From the NCBI GenBank assembly GCA_903900335.1, contig CAIUMP010000021.1, positions 44,075-108,074 on the forward strand: a DNA stretch of 64,000 bases, written 5' to 3'. A program made the position numbers and the translations under genes. Positions 43,249 through 52,447 of this stretch are shown in pieces (position 1 is the first letter of the stretch; the number at the start of each line of letters is the position of its first letter). Below the pieces are notes generated by a model. The model did no database searches and was not told the DNA's origin. It was given only the letters and a program-made list of their open reading frames with translations. This DNA comes from an uncultured Ignavibacteriota bacterium. GTDB lineage: Bacteria; Bacteroidota; Ignavibacteria; Palsa-1295.

Positions 43249-44178
43249 ATGGCCCACTCACACTTCGAGCCGGGATCACACTCGCACCTCTCCGCGGCCG
43301 GGGTGAGCGCAGTTCGCAACTCCTTTATCATACTCTTTTTCACTGCCTCACTCCAGCTCGCTATTGCGGTGTATTCTGGAAGTATTAGCCTTCTGGCCGA
43401 TACCGTTCACAATTACGGAGATGTGGTAACTTCCTTTCCGCTTTGGATCGCATTCCGATTGGCAGAGCGGCCTCCGAGCGCCCGATTTCGATATGGCTAT
43501 GGAAGGGTGGAGGATCTCGCAGGAATCCTTGTAGTGCTTATCATCTTGGCCAGTGCCGTCGTAGCTGGTTACCTCGCGATTGACAGGCTCCTCCATCCCC
43601 AGGAAGTGACACACCTTTGGTACTTGAGCATTGGCGCGATCATCGGATTTATCGGTAACGAATCCGTTGCTCAGCTTCGAATGAAGGCGGGACGCGAAAT
43701 GGATAGCGCGGCTCTGATCGCCGATGGATTGCATGCACGCACTGATGGGTGGGTCTCACTCGCCGTGCTTGGTGGAGTGATCGGTACCTACTTCGGCTTT
43801 CCGCTTGCTGATCCTTTGATCGGCATTGGGATCACAATTGCAATCTTGTTTATTGTTTGGGAATCCGGGCATACGGTATTCGTTCGCATTCTGGACGCGA
43901 TAGAGCCGGAAATTGTAACAAAGTTAGAGGTTGCATCGAAGGAAGTCGAGGGGGTTCACACGGTGACGGATGTGCGTGCGCGCTGGTTTGGTCACAGATT
44001 GATCGCCGAGTTGAGTGTAGGAGTCCAAGGGACCCTGAGTGTGGAACAGGGACACGCAATTGCGAAGCAGGTGCAGAAGGCGCTGTTCGTTGCTGTTCCT
44101 CAGCTCAATAGCTCCGTCATTCACGTGGATCCTGAGTCGGAGTCTGGCGACTCTTTCCACTCCCACCTCCCCGATTAG
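43249..44178 (+). CDS. Cation diffusion facilitator family transporter
   Basis: SISLLADTVHN..D, F.YGYGRVEDLA, SAALIADGLHARTD, RARWFGH, IHVDP; His-rich termini. Confidence 0.94.
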   Translation: MAHSHFEPGSHSHLSAAGVSAVRNSFIILFFTASLQLAIAVYSGSISLLADTVHNYGDVVTSFPLWIAFRLAERPPSARFRYGYGRVEDLAGILVVLIILASAVVAGYLAIDRLLHPQEVTHLWYLSIGAIIGFIGNESVAQLRMKAGREMDSAALIADGLHARTDGWVSLAVLGGVIGTYFGFPLADPLIGIGITIAILFIVWESGHTVFVRILDAIEPEIVTKLEVASKEVEGVHTVTDVRARWFGHRLIAELSVGVQGTLSVEQGHAIAKQVQKALFVAVPQLNSSVIHVDPESESGDSFHSHLPD

Positions 44179-44283
44179 GAGAGGGATTCGAGCGCTAATT
44201 CGCCTGAACAGACTTCCTCGCCCTGCGGTTATTGTAAATTGGCAGAAACCCGATCTCGCTTTTCCATATTTACTTGCACTACA

Positions 44284-46233
44284 ATGATCATCAGAGTTCG
44301 CCGCTTCTTGGGCTTTGCGGCTGTCTTCTTGCTTCACATCTCGCTTACGATTCCGTCTATCACTGTTGCTCAGCAACGCATTGCACATCCGATGCTCGGC
44401 GCGGCGGTTACACAGGCACACCGTGCTGCCTCTGCAAGTTCTGACGGAGCGCAAGGCAAAGAGAAGCTTTCGGGAGCCACCCCAGAGCAGACGCTGAGCG
44501 TCTATAGCCACGGCGACCCTACCGCAGAAGAGCAGTACATGCTTGAACTTGTCAACCGAGCACGCGCCAATCCACCGGCCGAAGGAGTGCTGATTGCGAC
44601 AACTGCCGATGCGGATATCTCAGGGGAGTTCACCTATTGGGCAGGGCAGGATGCCAACGAACCGTCACGCTCGAAGATCCAGTCCGATTTTTCGAAATAC
44701 CCTTCTCGTCCGCCGTTGGCATTTAACTCGAGTTTACTTAAAGCAGCCCACAATCACAGTCAGGATATGCTCGCGAAGAATTACCAAGGCCATCAGGAGT
44801 CTGACGGTTCGTGGCCGTGGGATCGCGCAAAGACAGCAGGGTACGGCAGCACGTATGTAGGCGAAAACGCCTATTGCTATGGCAAGAGTATCTGGGAAAT
44901 TGACGCGGGTTTCCTGATCGACTTTGGATCCCCCAACGACACGGTTCTCGGGCATCGGGAGAACGTCTTGAATTTTCAACCGAGCGGCTCTATGTATTCG
45001 GAGATAGGTTTGGGTATTATTCACGGAGGTACGGGACTTCCGAATGTTGGGCCGATCATCACGACGCAGGATTTCGGCGATAACGGCAAGACATTCGTAC
45101 TTGGCGTGGTTTACGATGATCAGAATCACAACGGATTCTACGATATCGGCGAGGGACTTGCTGGTGCAACGATTACCGTCTCTGGCGGGACGTATACGGC
45201 CGTGACGTCCACCTCGGGCGGGTATGCGGTACCATATAGCGGAAGTGGGACTATTACAGTTACGGCTTCTGGTGGTGGACTTGCGGCCCCAATTTCCCAT
45301 CAGGTGCAATTCAACGGCGAAAATGTGAAAGTCGATTTTACGAAGGACTACGCAGGGCTTCCTGCCCAGGTCCAGCTTGTGCTCCCGATCGGGGACACCC
45401 TTGTCACAGTGGATACTGCACATTTTGTTTGGGGCGCCGTTACAGGTGCGACAAAGTACCGAATTCAACTTTCTACGGATTCGACACTTAAAGCGCCTAT
45501 CCTGACCGATTCTTTGCTCACCACGCCAAAGAAGACTTTTGTTGGATTAAGGGATAGCGTAACATACTACTGGCGCGTGCAAGCCCTGAATGCAAAAGGA
45601 TGGGGGCCATACTCTCCGATTGAGTCCTTCAGAGTCGGTCTAGTGCCAAACACCGTGGTGCTGGTTTCCCCAGCGGACGGAATCAATACCGGCTCAAGCG
45701 ATGTGACTTTCACGTGGCAGAACCCCAATCCTTCCAACGTGACGGCATACTGGTTCGAGCTTTCAACTTCGTCCAAATTCTCGACATTGTATCGCAGTGA
45801 TACACTCTACGACCCCACGATCCCATCTGAGAAGATATCCGGTACAGATTTTCTTCCGGGAGTAACATATTACTGGCGCGTCTTTGCAGTGAACGATAAC
45901 GGATGGAGCGCCTCGAGCGCAGTGCGGCATATTGTTGCTGGCTCATTGTCGGTGGCAGACAACTCGGCCTCTGTTCTATCCCCAGTTAGCGTCTCTCCAA
46001 ACCCTACTACTGGAGAGACGAACATCCGTTTCTCGCTTGCGACTACTTCTGATATCTCGCTGAAGGTATTTAATGCGCTTGGTGAGGAGATCGAATCGAT
46101 CGTTCTGGGTAAACTTTCACCCAGCGATTATTGCATTCCATGGAATGCAAACAACCGGGCCGATGGTGCATACTTCTATCAGCTTCGAGTTGGGAAGCAG
46201 ACACAGACCGGAAGGATAGTCGTTATCCGATAG
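44284..46233 (+). CDS. Secreted CAP (SCP)-domain protein with Ig/FN3-like repeats and T9SS-type C-terminal domain
   Basis: EQYMLELVNRARANP, PPLAFN..AAHNHSQDM, GEN, GHRENVL; two TYYWRV modules; C-terminal VSPNP..KVFNALGEEI..GAYFYQL. Confidence 0.87.
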   Translation: MIIRVRRFLGFAAVFLLHISLTIPSITVAQQRIAHPMLGAAVTQAHRAASASSDGAQGKEKLSGATPEQTLSVYSHGDPTAEEQYMLELVNRARANPPAEGVLIATTADADISGEFTYWAGQDANEPSRSKIQSDFSKYPSRPPLAFNSSLLKAAHNHSQDMLAKNYQGHQESDGSWPWDRAKTAGYGSTYVGENAYCYGKSIWEIDAGFLIDFGSPNDTVLGHRENVLNFQPSGSMYSEIGLGIIHGGTGLPNVGPIITTQDFGDNGKTFVLGVVYDDQNHNGFYDIGEGLAGATITVSGGTYTAVTSTSGGYAVPYSGSGTITVTASGGGLAAPISHQVQFNGENVKVDFTKDYAGLPAQVQLVLPIGDTLVTVDTAHFVWGAVTGATKYRIQLSTDSTLKAPILTDSLLTTPKKTFVGLRDSVTYYWRVQALNAKGWGPYSPIESFRVGLVPNTVVLVSPADGINTGSSDVTFTWQNPNPSNVTAYWFELSTSSKFSTLYRSDTLYDPTIPSEKISGTDFLPGVTYYWRVFAVNDNGWSASSAVRHIVAGSLSVADNSASVLSPVSVSPNPTTGETNIRFSLATTSDISLKVFNALGEEIESIVLGKLSPSDYCIPWNANNRADGAYFYQLRVGKQTQTGRIVVIR

Positions 46234-46391
46234 TCAGTTTCGACATTGTTGCTCAGCTCTCAGCTTGGAGGGCGGGCACTTCGGCATAGAATGGGGACTC
46301 CTGATCGGTCGATCGATTGATTCGTCGCCCACGCTGGGTTTCCTCGCACAGACCGCTACGAAGTCGTTCTGAATTTCAAGACGCAAAATAA

Positions 46392-46423
46392 AAAGAGCCT
46401 GTCGCTTTCGCGCCAGGCTCTTT
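46392..46423 (-). terminator. Intrinsic terminator, possibly bidirectional
   Basis: AAAGAGCCTG-tcgc-tttc-gcgc-CAGGCTCTTT; GAAA loop and U-tract on the minus strand. Confidence 0.8.
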
Positions 46424-46468
46424 CCTTTGTTCTTCGCTTGCTTGCCCCGCTTTCACGGGGTGTTACAC

Positions 46469-46837
46469 TTAGCGTTTCACCTTGATCAGCGAATCAATGG
46501 TGGTGGTGTCGAGGACGCCGCCGCCCTTGCCGCCGTTCGGTCCGATATTGCTATCGCCTGGTGGCGTCGGAGGTGGTGGCGGCGGAGGAGGTGGTGGTGG
46601 ATTCTTGATCGAGGAATCCTTCACCGGAGGAATTGGTGGCGTAGGAGGTACAGGTGGTTTCGGTGGTACTGGCTTTGGATTGACGACAGAGGTGTCCCTG
46701 CCCTTTTTCACGCCGCCGCCTTTGTTGCCGCCGCCGTTACCGCCGGTGCCCGGTCCGGTAGGATTGAAGCAACTCGCGACGCCGAAGCTTAAAAAAGCTG
46801 CGAACGATAAAACCGCAAGGTTCTTGATGTTCTTCAT
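46469..46837 (-). CDS. Small Pro/Gly-rich lipoprotein
   Basis: MKNIKN-hydrophobic-GVAS-C lipobox; poly-Pro run; A-rich translation initiation region; downstream terminator. Confidence 0.8.
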   Translation of the reverse strand: MKNIKNLAVLSFAAFLSFGVASCFNPTGPGTGGNGGGNKGGGVKKGRDTSVVNPKPVPPKPPVPPTPPIPPVKDSSIKNPPPPPPPPPPPTPPGDSNIGPNGGKGGGVLDTTTIDSLIKVKR

Positions 46838-46934
46838 ATGATGGTTTCAGTTAAGAAAATTCGTTTTGACCATAAATGCCCTCATGCGTCTCGAATTCAA
46901 CGATTCGATCGAGACCGGAGAATCTGTCTGGTTG

Positions 46935-46963
46935 TATAACTCCGCGGAAGCAGGGCCGTCACA
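46935..46963 (-). promoter_or_regulatory. Candidate ECF sigma promoter TGTGAC-N17-GTTATA
   Basis: Matches the motif and spacing of the candidate in front of the ECF sigma gene (47086-47114). Confidence 0.55.
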
Positions 46964-47085
46964 AACTAATTTGAAAAATCTTTCTTGCCACAGGAAAACA
47001 AGCTTGGTATTGCCATGATTCCGAGTTGGCCTGCGTTATGAGGACACCAAAATCGGGCCGCCTAAGTCACGGTCAGATTTTTTTC

Positions 47086-47114
47086 TGTTACAGATCCCCG
47101 AGTCAGGGGTTAGA
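47086..47114 (+). promoter_or_regulatory. Candidate autoregulatory ECF sigma promoter TGTTAC-N17-GTTAGA
   Basis: Immediately upstream of the sigma ORF and preceded by a T-tract. Confidence 0.55.
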
Positions 47115-47117
47115 CCA

Positions 47118-47909
47118 ATGAATAGGAGAGCAAACGTGGGCGAGTTGGCATTTACGGTGGATGGCAGCATGTCACGGGCTCTATCAGAGACGCACGAAGT
47201 GAGCGAGGCAATGACCGCGCCGGCTTTGAGCGAGGACGATAGCAGCGCGGTGATGTCGGCTATGCGAAAACCGCAATTCGCCGGAACGCGCACTTTCGCT
47301 GAAGACAAGAAGCTCAAGACGGAGCTCGCAGCACTCGAAGATGCAGAATTGCTTCGGCTTTTCCAGGAAGGGATCGAACCAGCGTTCTACGTTATCTTCG
47401 AGCGGCGTCACAAGGAGATCTTCACGCATTGCTATCGCATGTGCAATGGCGATACCGAAAAAGCAAACGATGCTTTCCAGGACACCTTCGTGAAAGTATT
47501 CACCCGTAAGGATCTCTTCACGGACGCGACGAACGGCAGAGCTTGGCTCTATCGCATAGCAACGAACACGTGCCTCAACGCACATCGCTACGATAAGCGG
47601 CATCCGCGCGAGGAGCTTGACGACACCATGCGCGCCAGCGACCCGCAACTCATGCCCGATTTCGGGACGGAGCAGGATTCGCTCCGAAGCGCAATTGAAC
47701 GGGCCGTCGGCAAGCTGCCCATGGAACTACGTGAACCGTTCATGCTCCGCGAGCTGGATGAGTTCAGCTACGAAGAGGTCGCGGAACAATTGAACATATC
47801 TGTTGCCGCATGCAGGCAGCGGGTGTATCGAGCGAAGCAGATCCTTCGCGAAGAACTTGAGGAGATGGTGACCGGCGAGGCACCGAAGAAGAAAAAGAGG
47901 AAGTGGTAA
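47118..47909 (+). CDS. ECF-type RNA polymerase sigma-70 factor
   Basis: Region 2 (ANDAFQDTFVKVF, AWLYRIATNTCLN) and region 4 (LPMELREPFMLR..SYEEVAEQL..RVYRAK). The start is uncertain. Confidence 0.93.
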   Translation: MNRRANVGELAFTVDGSMSRALSETHEVSEAMTAPALSEDDSSAVMSAMRKPQFAGTRTFAEDKKLKTELAALEDAELLRLFQEGIEPAFYVIFERRHKEIFTHCYRMCNGDTEKANDAFQDTFVKVFTRKDLFTDATNGRAWLYRIATNTCLNAHRYDKRHPREELDDTMRASDPQLMPDFGTEQDSLRSAIERAVGKLPMELREPFMLRELDEFSYEEVAEQLNISVAACRQRVYRAKQILREELEEMVTGEAPKKKKRKW

Positions 47910-49555
47910 TGCAACAGCACGAAAAAGATAAATTAGAAGAGCGAATCGTAGCCTACTTCGAGGGCGAGCTTGACCCGAATGCGGGCAAGCAGCTTCTTGC
48001 GGACGTTGCGAAGAACACGGAGTCGCGCGCGCTCTTCAAGAGCCACGAGTCGCTGAACGCACTCATCAACGCCGCACGCGTCCCGATGGAAGTGCCGCTC
48101 GAGGCCAAGCGTTCTATCGCCGAGCGCATTCCCGGCCTCATCGCATTCATCCCCGGATTACTCGGTGGCGCACAAGCTATACCCGTTCTCACTCAATCAG
48201 GTAATTCCCTCTTCGGATTCCTCGCGAAGATTCCGCTTTCGACTGCTATCTCCGTCGGTACTTCAGTTGCCGTGCTCACGACCGCAGGTGTCATCGTCAA
48301 GAATAAAATGGATGCGAACGCCGACGCCGAGCGTAAGGCGAAGGTCGTTCTCATGCAGAATCAATCCAAGGTATCCGACGGCACTCAGTATTCCATCGCC
48401 CCACTTCCCACAAAGGACGTCGCCGTGCCGAATATTGGTAATGCAAGCGCGACAGTTGTTGGAGGAGAAGGTTCAGGCGTATCCAATAATGCTTCTCCCA
48501 ACGCGTCTTCGACTAATACTTCCTCGGCTAATACTCCCCCGGCCTCTGGCTTCACACCAGCCGTTCCTTCGCAGGCGGAGCGGACTCACCTGCCGATCGC
48601 ACCCAAGACGCTTGCCGCGGTTGTGGCCGGTACGGAACATGTCGCCTCTGCCCACGCCGCCAAGGGTGTTGATGGGATGAATAACTCTGGAAGGTCCGAA
48701 AAGCCAAAGGCGATTGACAGATCTGCCAATGCCTCTATCGCGGACAAATCCATCGCCGATAACGAGAGAAGCAAGGACTTTGACCAATCCGAGAACCAAA
48801 GCAAAAACTTTGGTATAGCTGCCACTACGCCTACCACGCCTGCAAGCGATGCGCCGCCTCAAATCAGCACAGTCGGAGTGTCTCAGTCATCTGTGGCTCC
48901 GGCGAATAACGCCCTCCCACGAACTTCCGTCTTGTCACCGCTGCCCATTAGCTTTGGCGATGGACTCGTCGTTCGACCGTTCGGTTCTATCGGAACGAGA
49001 ATTTCGTTCTTCAATGTGAAGGGTGAATCGAGTGCTGACAAGTATCGTAGTGGTACCGCTGCCCCAGTGATGAACATCCTTGCAGGGTTGGACTTTCTTC
49101 TGGACGAAGTTTGGTCGCTGCGCATCCAAGGTGGACAGAGCGCCTTTGCTCACGAGGTACGCCGAAGTGATGTTCAACTTACTGGTCTACTGCCAAGCTA
49201 CGTCCAGTATTCGACTGTCGAGAGTGATGCTGCCTTTTGGTCAACGGCTGGAGTGAACTACCAGTTTAGTTTGACCGACGCGGTACCTGTCACGCTCAGT
49301 GCAGGTGTTGGCGCGGCATGGTTGCATCCGATCGCCTTCATGGCGGACTTTGGTGTGACTGCCGAGATGCCGGTATCCTCGGGTCTCGCACTTCGTCCGG
49401 GTGTCACATTCGACCTTTTGAAGACCGGCATTGATGCGCTCCGTGATGGCCAAACTCAGCCCGGTTCTGCTATCATCGTAAATCGCGAGCTATCGGGTAA
49501 CGGATTCTGGAGCACTTCGGTGGGCATTAATATAGGCTTCATCGCACGATTCTAA
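47909..49555 (+). CDS. Putative anti-sigma factor with TM helix, disordered linker and C-terminal outer-membrane beta-barrel
   Basis: IVAYFEGEL anti-sigma-like N-terminus; hydrophobic segment near aa 108-130; S/A/P/N-rich linker; about 8 amphipathic strands ending GINIGFIARF; TAATG overlap with the sigma gene. Confidence 0.75.
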   Translation: MQQHEKDKLEERIVAYFEGELDPNAGKQLLADVAKNTESRALFKSHESLNALINAARVPMEVPLEAKRSIAERIPGLIAFIPGLLGGAQAIPVLTQSGNSLFGFLAKIPLSTAISVGTSVAVLTTAGVIVKNKMDANADAERKAKVVLMQNQSKVSDGTQYSIAPLPTKDVAVPNIGNASATVVGGEGSGVSNNASPNASSTNTSSANTPPASGFTPAVPSQAERTHLPIAPKTLAAVVAGTEHVASAHAAKGVDGMNNSGRSEKPKAIDRSANASIADKSIADNERSKDFDQSENQSKNFGIAATTPTTPASDAPPQISTVGVSQSSVAPANNALPRTSVLSPLPISFGDGLVVRPFGSIGTRISFFNVKGESSADKYRSGTAAPVMNILAGLDFLLDEVWSLRIQGGQSAFAHEVRRSDVQLTGLLPSYVQYSTVESDAAFWSTAGVNYQFSLTDAVPVTLSAGVGAAWLHPIAFMADFGVTAEMPVSSGLALRPGVTFDLLKTGIDALRDGQTQPGSAIIVNRELSGNGFWSTSVGINIGFIARF

Positions 49556-51129
49556 TGCGTATTTTTCTTTTCATATTTCTTGTCGGTCTTTCAGTTGCGG
49601 GATGCACAACACTTACCGCTCCTGATCCTGATTCGCCGAATACATTCAGTCTGACGGCCTACTTCTGGCCCTCGCAAGATACGGTTTTGTCGTATCAAAC
49701 GGATAGTGGCAATCACTCGATCTCCTTGAATTCGACCGGAACTACGGCTACCGATCTGGGGCCGAGTTCTCCCGAAGCGGCATCATTGACTATACAGAAG
49801 TCCGGCTCTACAATTTCGTTGGGAGGACTGACCGCGGCTGACATATTTGGCATTGATCCGGAGATCCAGATCGTGGGCCAAACCACGCCGATAACTTCAA
49901 GCCAATCCATCTCAATTCAATCGATTGCTAGCGTTGGCCCAAATCTCTATCTTGCGTCGAGCACAAAGCTGTACCGGAATCTTCCCGGCCAGCAGCCACA
50001 GGATTTGGGTCCGCTGCCTGCGCCAGGTGTTCAGTTGCGTGCAGGGCTAGACGGTGAAATGTTGTATGCGGTTGAATTTGGTGGAGACAGGGTCTTCTTT
50101 GCCACGGTCAAATCCAACCCGTCTACAATTAATTGGAGTACCGTTGTTGGCAATGGTGGAAGTATTACTGCATTTGCACCCCTGGATGATCGCAGCGGTG
50201 GATCAGGACAAAATATTTTCCTGACTGCAACGGGTGGCCAACTGTACCAAGGTACCGACGATCATGGCAATGCAACCGCCTCGCCATTCGGACCGATGCT
50301 TTCCGGGACCGTCACAGCTATCGAATGGGAACAGGGGTTTGGTCCGCCGACAGCCCTTGCTGGAATGCAGGACGGAAGGCTCTTCCAAGTGGGTGCCGGA
50401 CGAAAGCCGATCGACTCGGTGACTGTAATAAACTTCGGCTCCAGAATCACCGCTATCTCTCAAGGATTCGTTGGTACTCAGCAGGGGCTGTACGCCTTCG
50501 ATGGCTTTAGTTTATGGGGGCAGATCAATACGAATCCCGTTCTCACACTGCTCAATGCAGGTAGCAACGCGGTGTTTGCAAGTCTAAGCACAGGGCAGGT
50601 GATCGGCGTCTCTAATCGAGGCCTAAATATCGTACCATTCGGGTATCCGAATGGTACAAGCGGTGCAACCGCCTTTGGAGTTACCCTAACGCAATCAGGC
50701 GGCAGCCGAGTGGCCACACTCTTCGCTTTGGCCGGGGCGAGCCTCTTTCAACACGATGCAAATGTTCCTTCTACAGCTTGGACACCGATCAACTCCGTGA
50801 CCACAGGCAGTACTCAGTGGCCGGCCGGAACATTCACGATACTCGCTAATGGGGCCTCCTCATGGCAGGTTGGGTATGCATTGCGGACGGATCTAGGCAC
50901 GTCTCGTGTTTACACGTACAATGCCTCAGTCACCGGACAACATGCAATGGTTCTTGATAATGTTGGTTACTCCGACGTAATCATTGTTACATATTTGGCT
51001 TCACTTGCCGGGGTCGCGGATACTACAGTGATGCCAAAGTTCGTGATCTATTTCCAGAAGGGGCTTGGCCCAATTCGAATCGAGCGTACCGAAAATCTTT
51101 GGACCGAGATCGTCCGACTAGTGAAATAG
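49555..51129 (+). CDS. Hypothetical beta-rich lipoprotein
   Basis: LSVAG-C lipobox; TAATG overlap with the previous gene; G/S/T-rich, propeller-like repeats; C-terminal YFQKGLGPIR. Confidence 0.75.
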   Translation: MRIFLFIFLVGLSVAGCTTLTAPDPDSPNTFSLTAYFWPSQDTVLSYQTDSGNHSISLNSTGTTATDLGPSSPEAASLTIQKSGSTISLGGLTAADIFGIDPEIQIVGQTTPITSSQSISIQSIASVGPNLYLASSTKLYRNLPGQQPQDLGPLPAPGVQLRAGLDGEMLYAVEFGGDRVFFATVKSNPSTINWSTVVGNGGSITAFAPLDDRSGGSGQNIFLTATGGQLYQGTDDHGNATASPFGPMLSGTVTAIEWEQGFGPPTALAGMQDGRLFQVGAGRKPIDSVTVINFGSRITAISQGFVGTQQGLYAFDGFSLWGQINTNPVLTLLNAGSNAVFASLSTGQVIGVSNRGLNIVPFGYPNGTSGATAFGVTLTQSGGSRVATLFALAGASLFQHDANVPSTAWTPINSVTTGSTQWPAGTFTILANGASSWQVGYALRTDLGTSRVYTYNASVTGQHAMVLDNVGYSDVIIVTYLASLAGVADTTVMPKFVIYFQKGLGPIRIERTENLWTEIVRLVK

Positions 51130-51171
51130 ACTCTCCAGACCATCTCTCGGAATTGCCGGGACGAAACGCTC

Positions 51172-51226
51172 CGCGCGAATGTTTATGGCGGCTCAAATCC
51201 ATAGACATTCGCGCGTCACGTTTTTT
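51172..51226 (+). terminator. Long hairpin, probable terminator of the ECF operon
   Basis: CGCGCGAATGTTTATGG-N10-CCATAGACATTCGCGCG (17-bp stem, one U.G on the + strand) followed by tcacgTTTTTT. Confidence 0.6.
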
Positions 51227-51240
51227 ACATTTCTCCCGCA

Positions 51241-52401
51241 ATGCAGATAGCTAACCGCATCGACCGACTCGGTACCGAAACATCCTTCGTTGTACTTGCC
51301 CGCGCCCGCGAACTCGAAGCTCAGGGCCGCGACATCGTCCATCTTGAGATCGGCGAGCCCGATTTCGCCACTGCACCGAACATCATCGAAGCCGCCAAGA
51401 AGGCGCTTGATGCCGGCTTCACGCACTACGGTCCCGCCGCTGGACTGCCAGAATTTCGTAAGGTCATCGCTGAAGTAGAAGGTGCTCGCCGCGGACTTGA
51501 ATTCAAACCAGAGCAGGTTGTCGTCACCCCCGGCGCGAAGCCGATCATGTACTATGTGTTCATGGCGGTCATAAATCCCGGTGACGAAGTGATCTATCCG
51601 AACCCCGGATTCCCGATCTACGAAAGCGGCATTGAACTCGCTGGTGGTGTGCCTGTGCCGCTTGCCATTACCGAAGCAATGGACTTCAAATTCAGCATCG
51701 AAAATCTCAAGACGCTCATCACGCCAAAGACGAAGATGATCGTTCTCAACTCGCCGCAAAACCCAACCGGCGGCATACTTACGCAGGATGATCTTAAGCA
51801 GATCGCCGAGCTTGCTGTCAAGCACGATCTCTATGTCCTTGCGGACGAAATTTACGGGCGCATTACTTACGATGGCTTTAAGAATTACACCATTGCGAGC
51901 TATCCAGGAATGATGGAGCGAACGATTATCCTTGACGGCTTTTCAAAGACCTATGCAATGACTGGCTGGCGTCTTGGCTTCGGTATCATGCCCGCAGAGC
52001 TGGCTCTCATCGTTGCCAAGTTGCAGACGAACGTCGCAAGCTGCACTGCGAGCTTTGTGCAGGTCGCAGGTATCGAGGCACTCACTGGTCCGCAGCATTG
52101 GGTGGATGAAGTTGTTGAGGAATTCCGCCGTCGCCGCGATTTTATCGTTGATGGCCTTAACACTATCCCCGGCTTCACTTGCCGGAAGCCGCTCGGTGCG
52201 TTCTATGTATTCCCGAATATTACTGCCACGGGTGCGGATTCCAAAACGCTAGCAAATCGTCTGCTGAATGAGGCTGGTGTCGCATGTCTTTCTGGCCACA
52301 CATTTGGCAAGTTCGGTGAGGGCCACATCCGATTTTCCTATGCGAACTCGATTCAGAATATCGAGAAGGCTATCGGGAGAATTAAGGCGCTTCTTAGTTG
52401 A
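51241..52401 (+). CDS. PLP-dependent aminotransferase class I/II (aspartate aminotransferase-like)
   Basis: GEPDF, NSPQNPTG, DEIY, GFSKTYAMTGWRLG, GAFYVFP, IRFSYA. Confidence 0.94.
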   Translation: MQIANRIDRLGTETSFVVLARARELEAQGRDIVHLEIGEPDFATAPNIIEAAKKALDAGFTHYGPAAGLPEFRKVIAEVEGARRGLEFKPEQVVVTPGAKPIMYYVFMAVINPGDEVIYPNPGFPIYESGIELAGGVPVPLAITEAMDFKFSIENLKTLITPKTKMIVLNSPQNPTGGILTQDDLKQIAELAVKHDLYVLADEIYGRITYDGFKNYTIASYPGMMERTIILDGFSKTYAMTGWRLGFGIMPAELALIVAKLQTNVASCTASFVQVAGIEALTGPQHWVDEVVEEFRRRRDFIVDGLNTIPGFTCRKPLGAFYVFPNITATGADSKTLANRLLNEAGVACLSGHTFGKFGEGHIRFSYANSIQNIEKAIGRIKALLS

Positions 52402-52447
52402 GGTACATCGGTGCGCGTCGTCTCGCACCTGAATTGAGAAGGACAGT

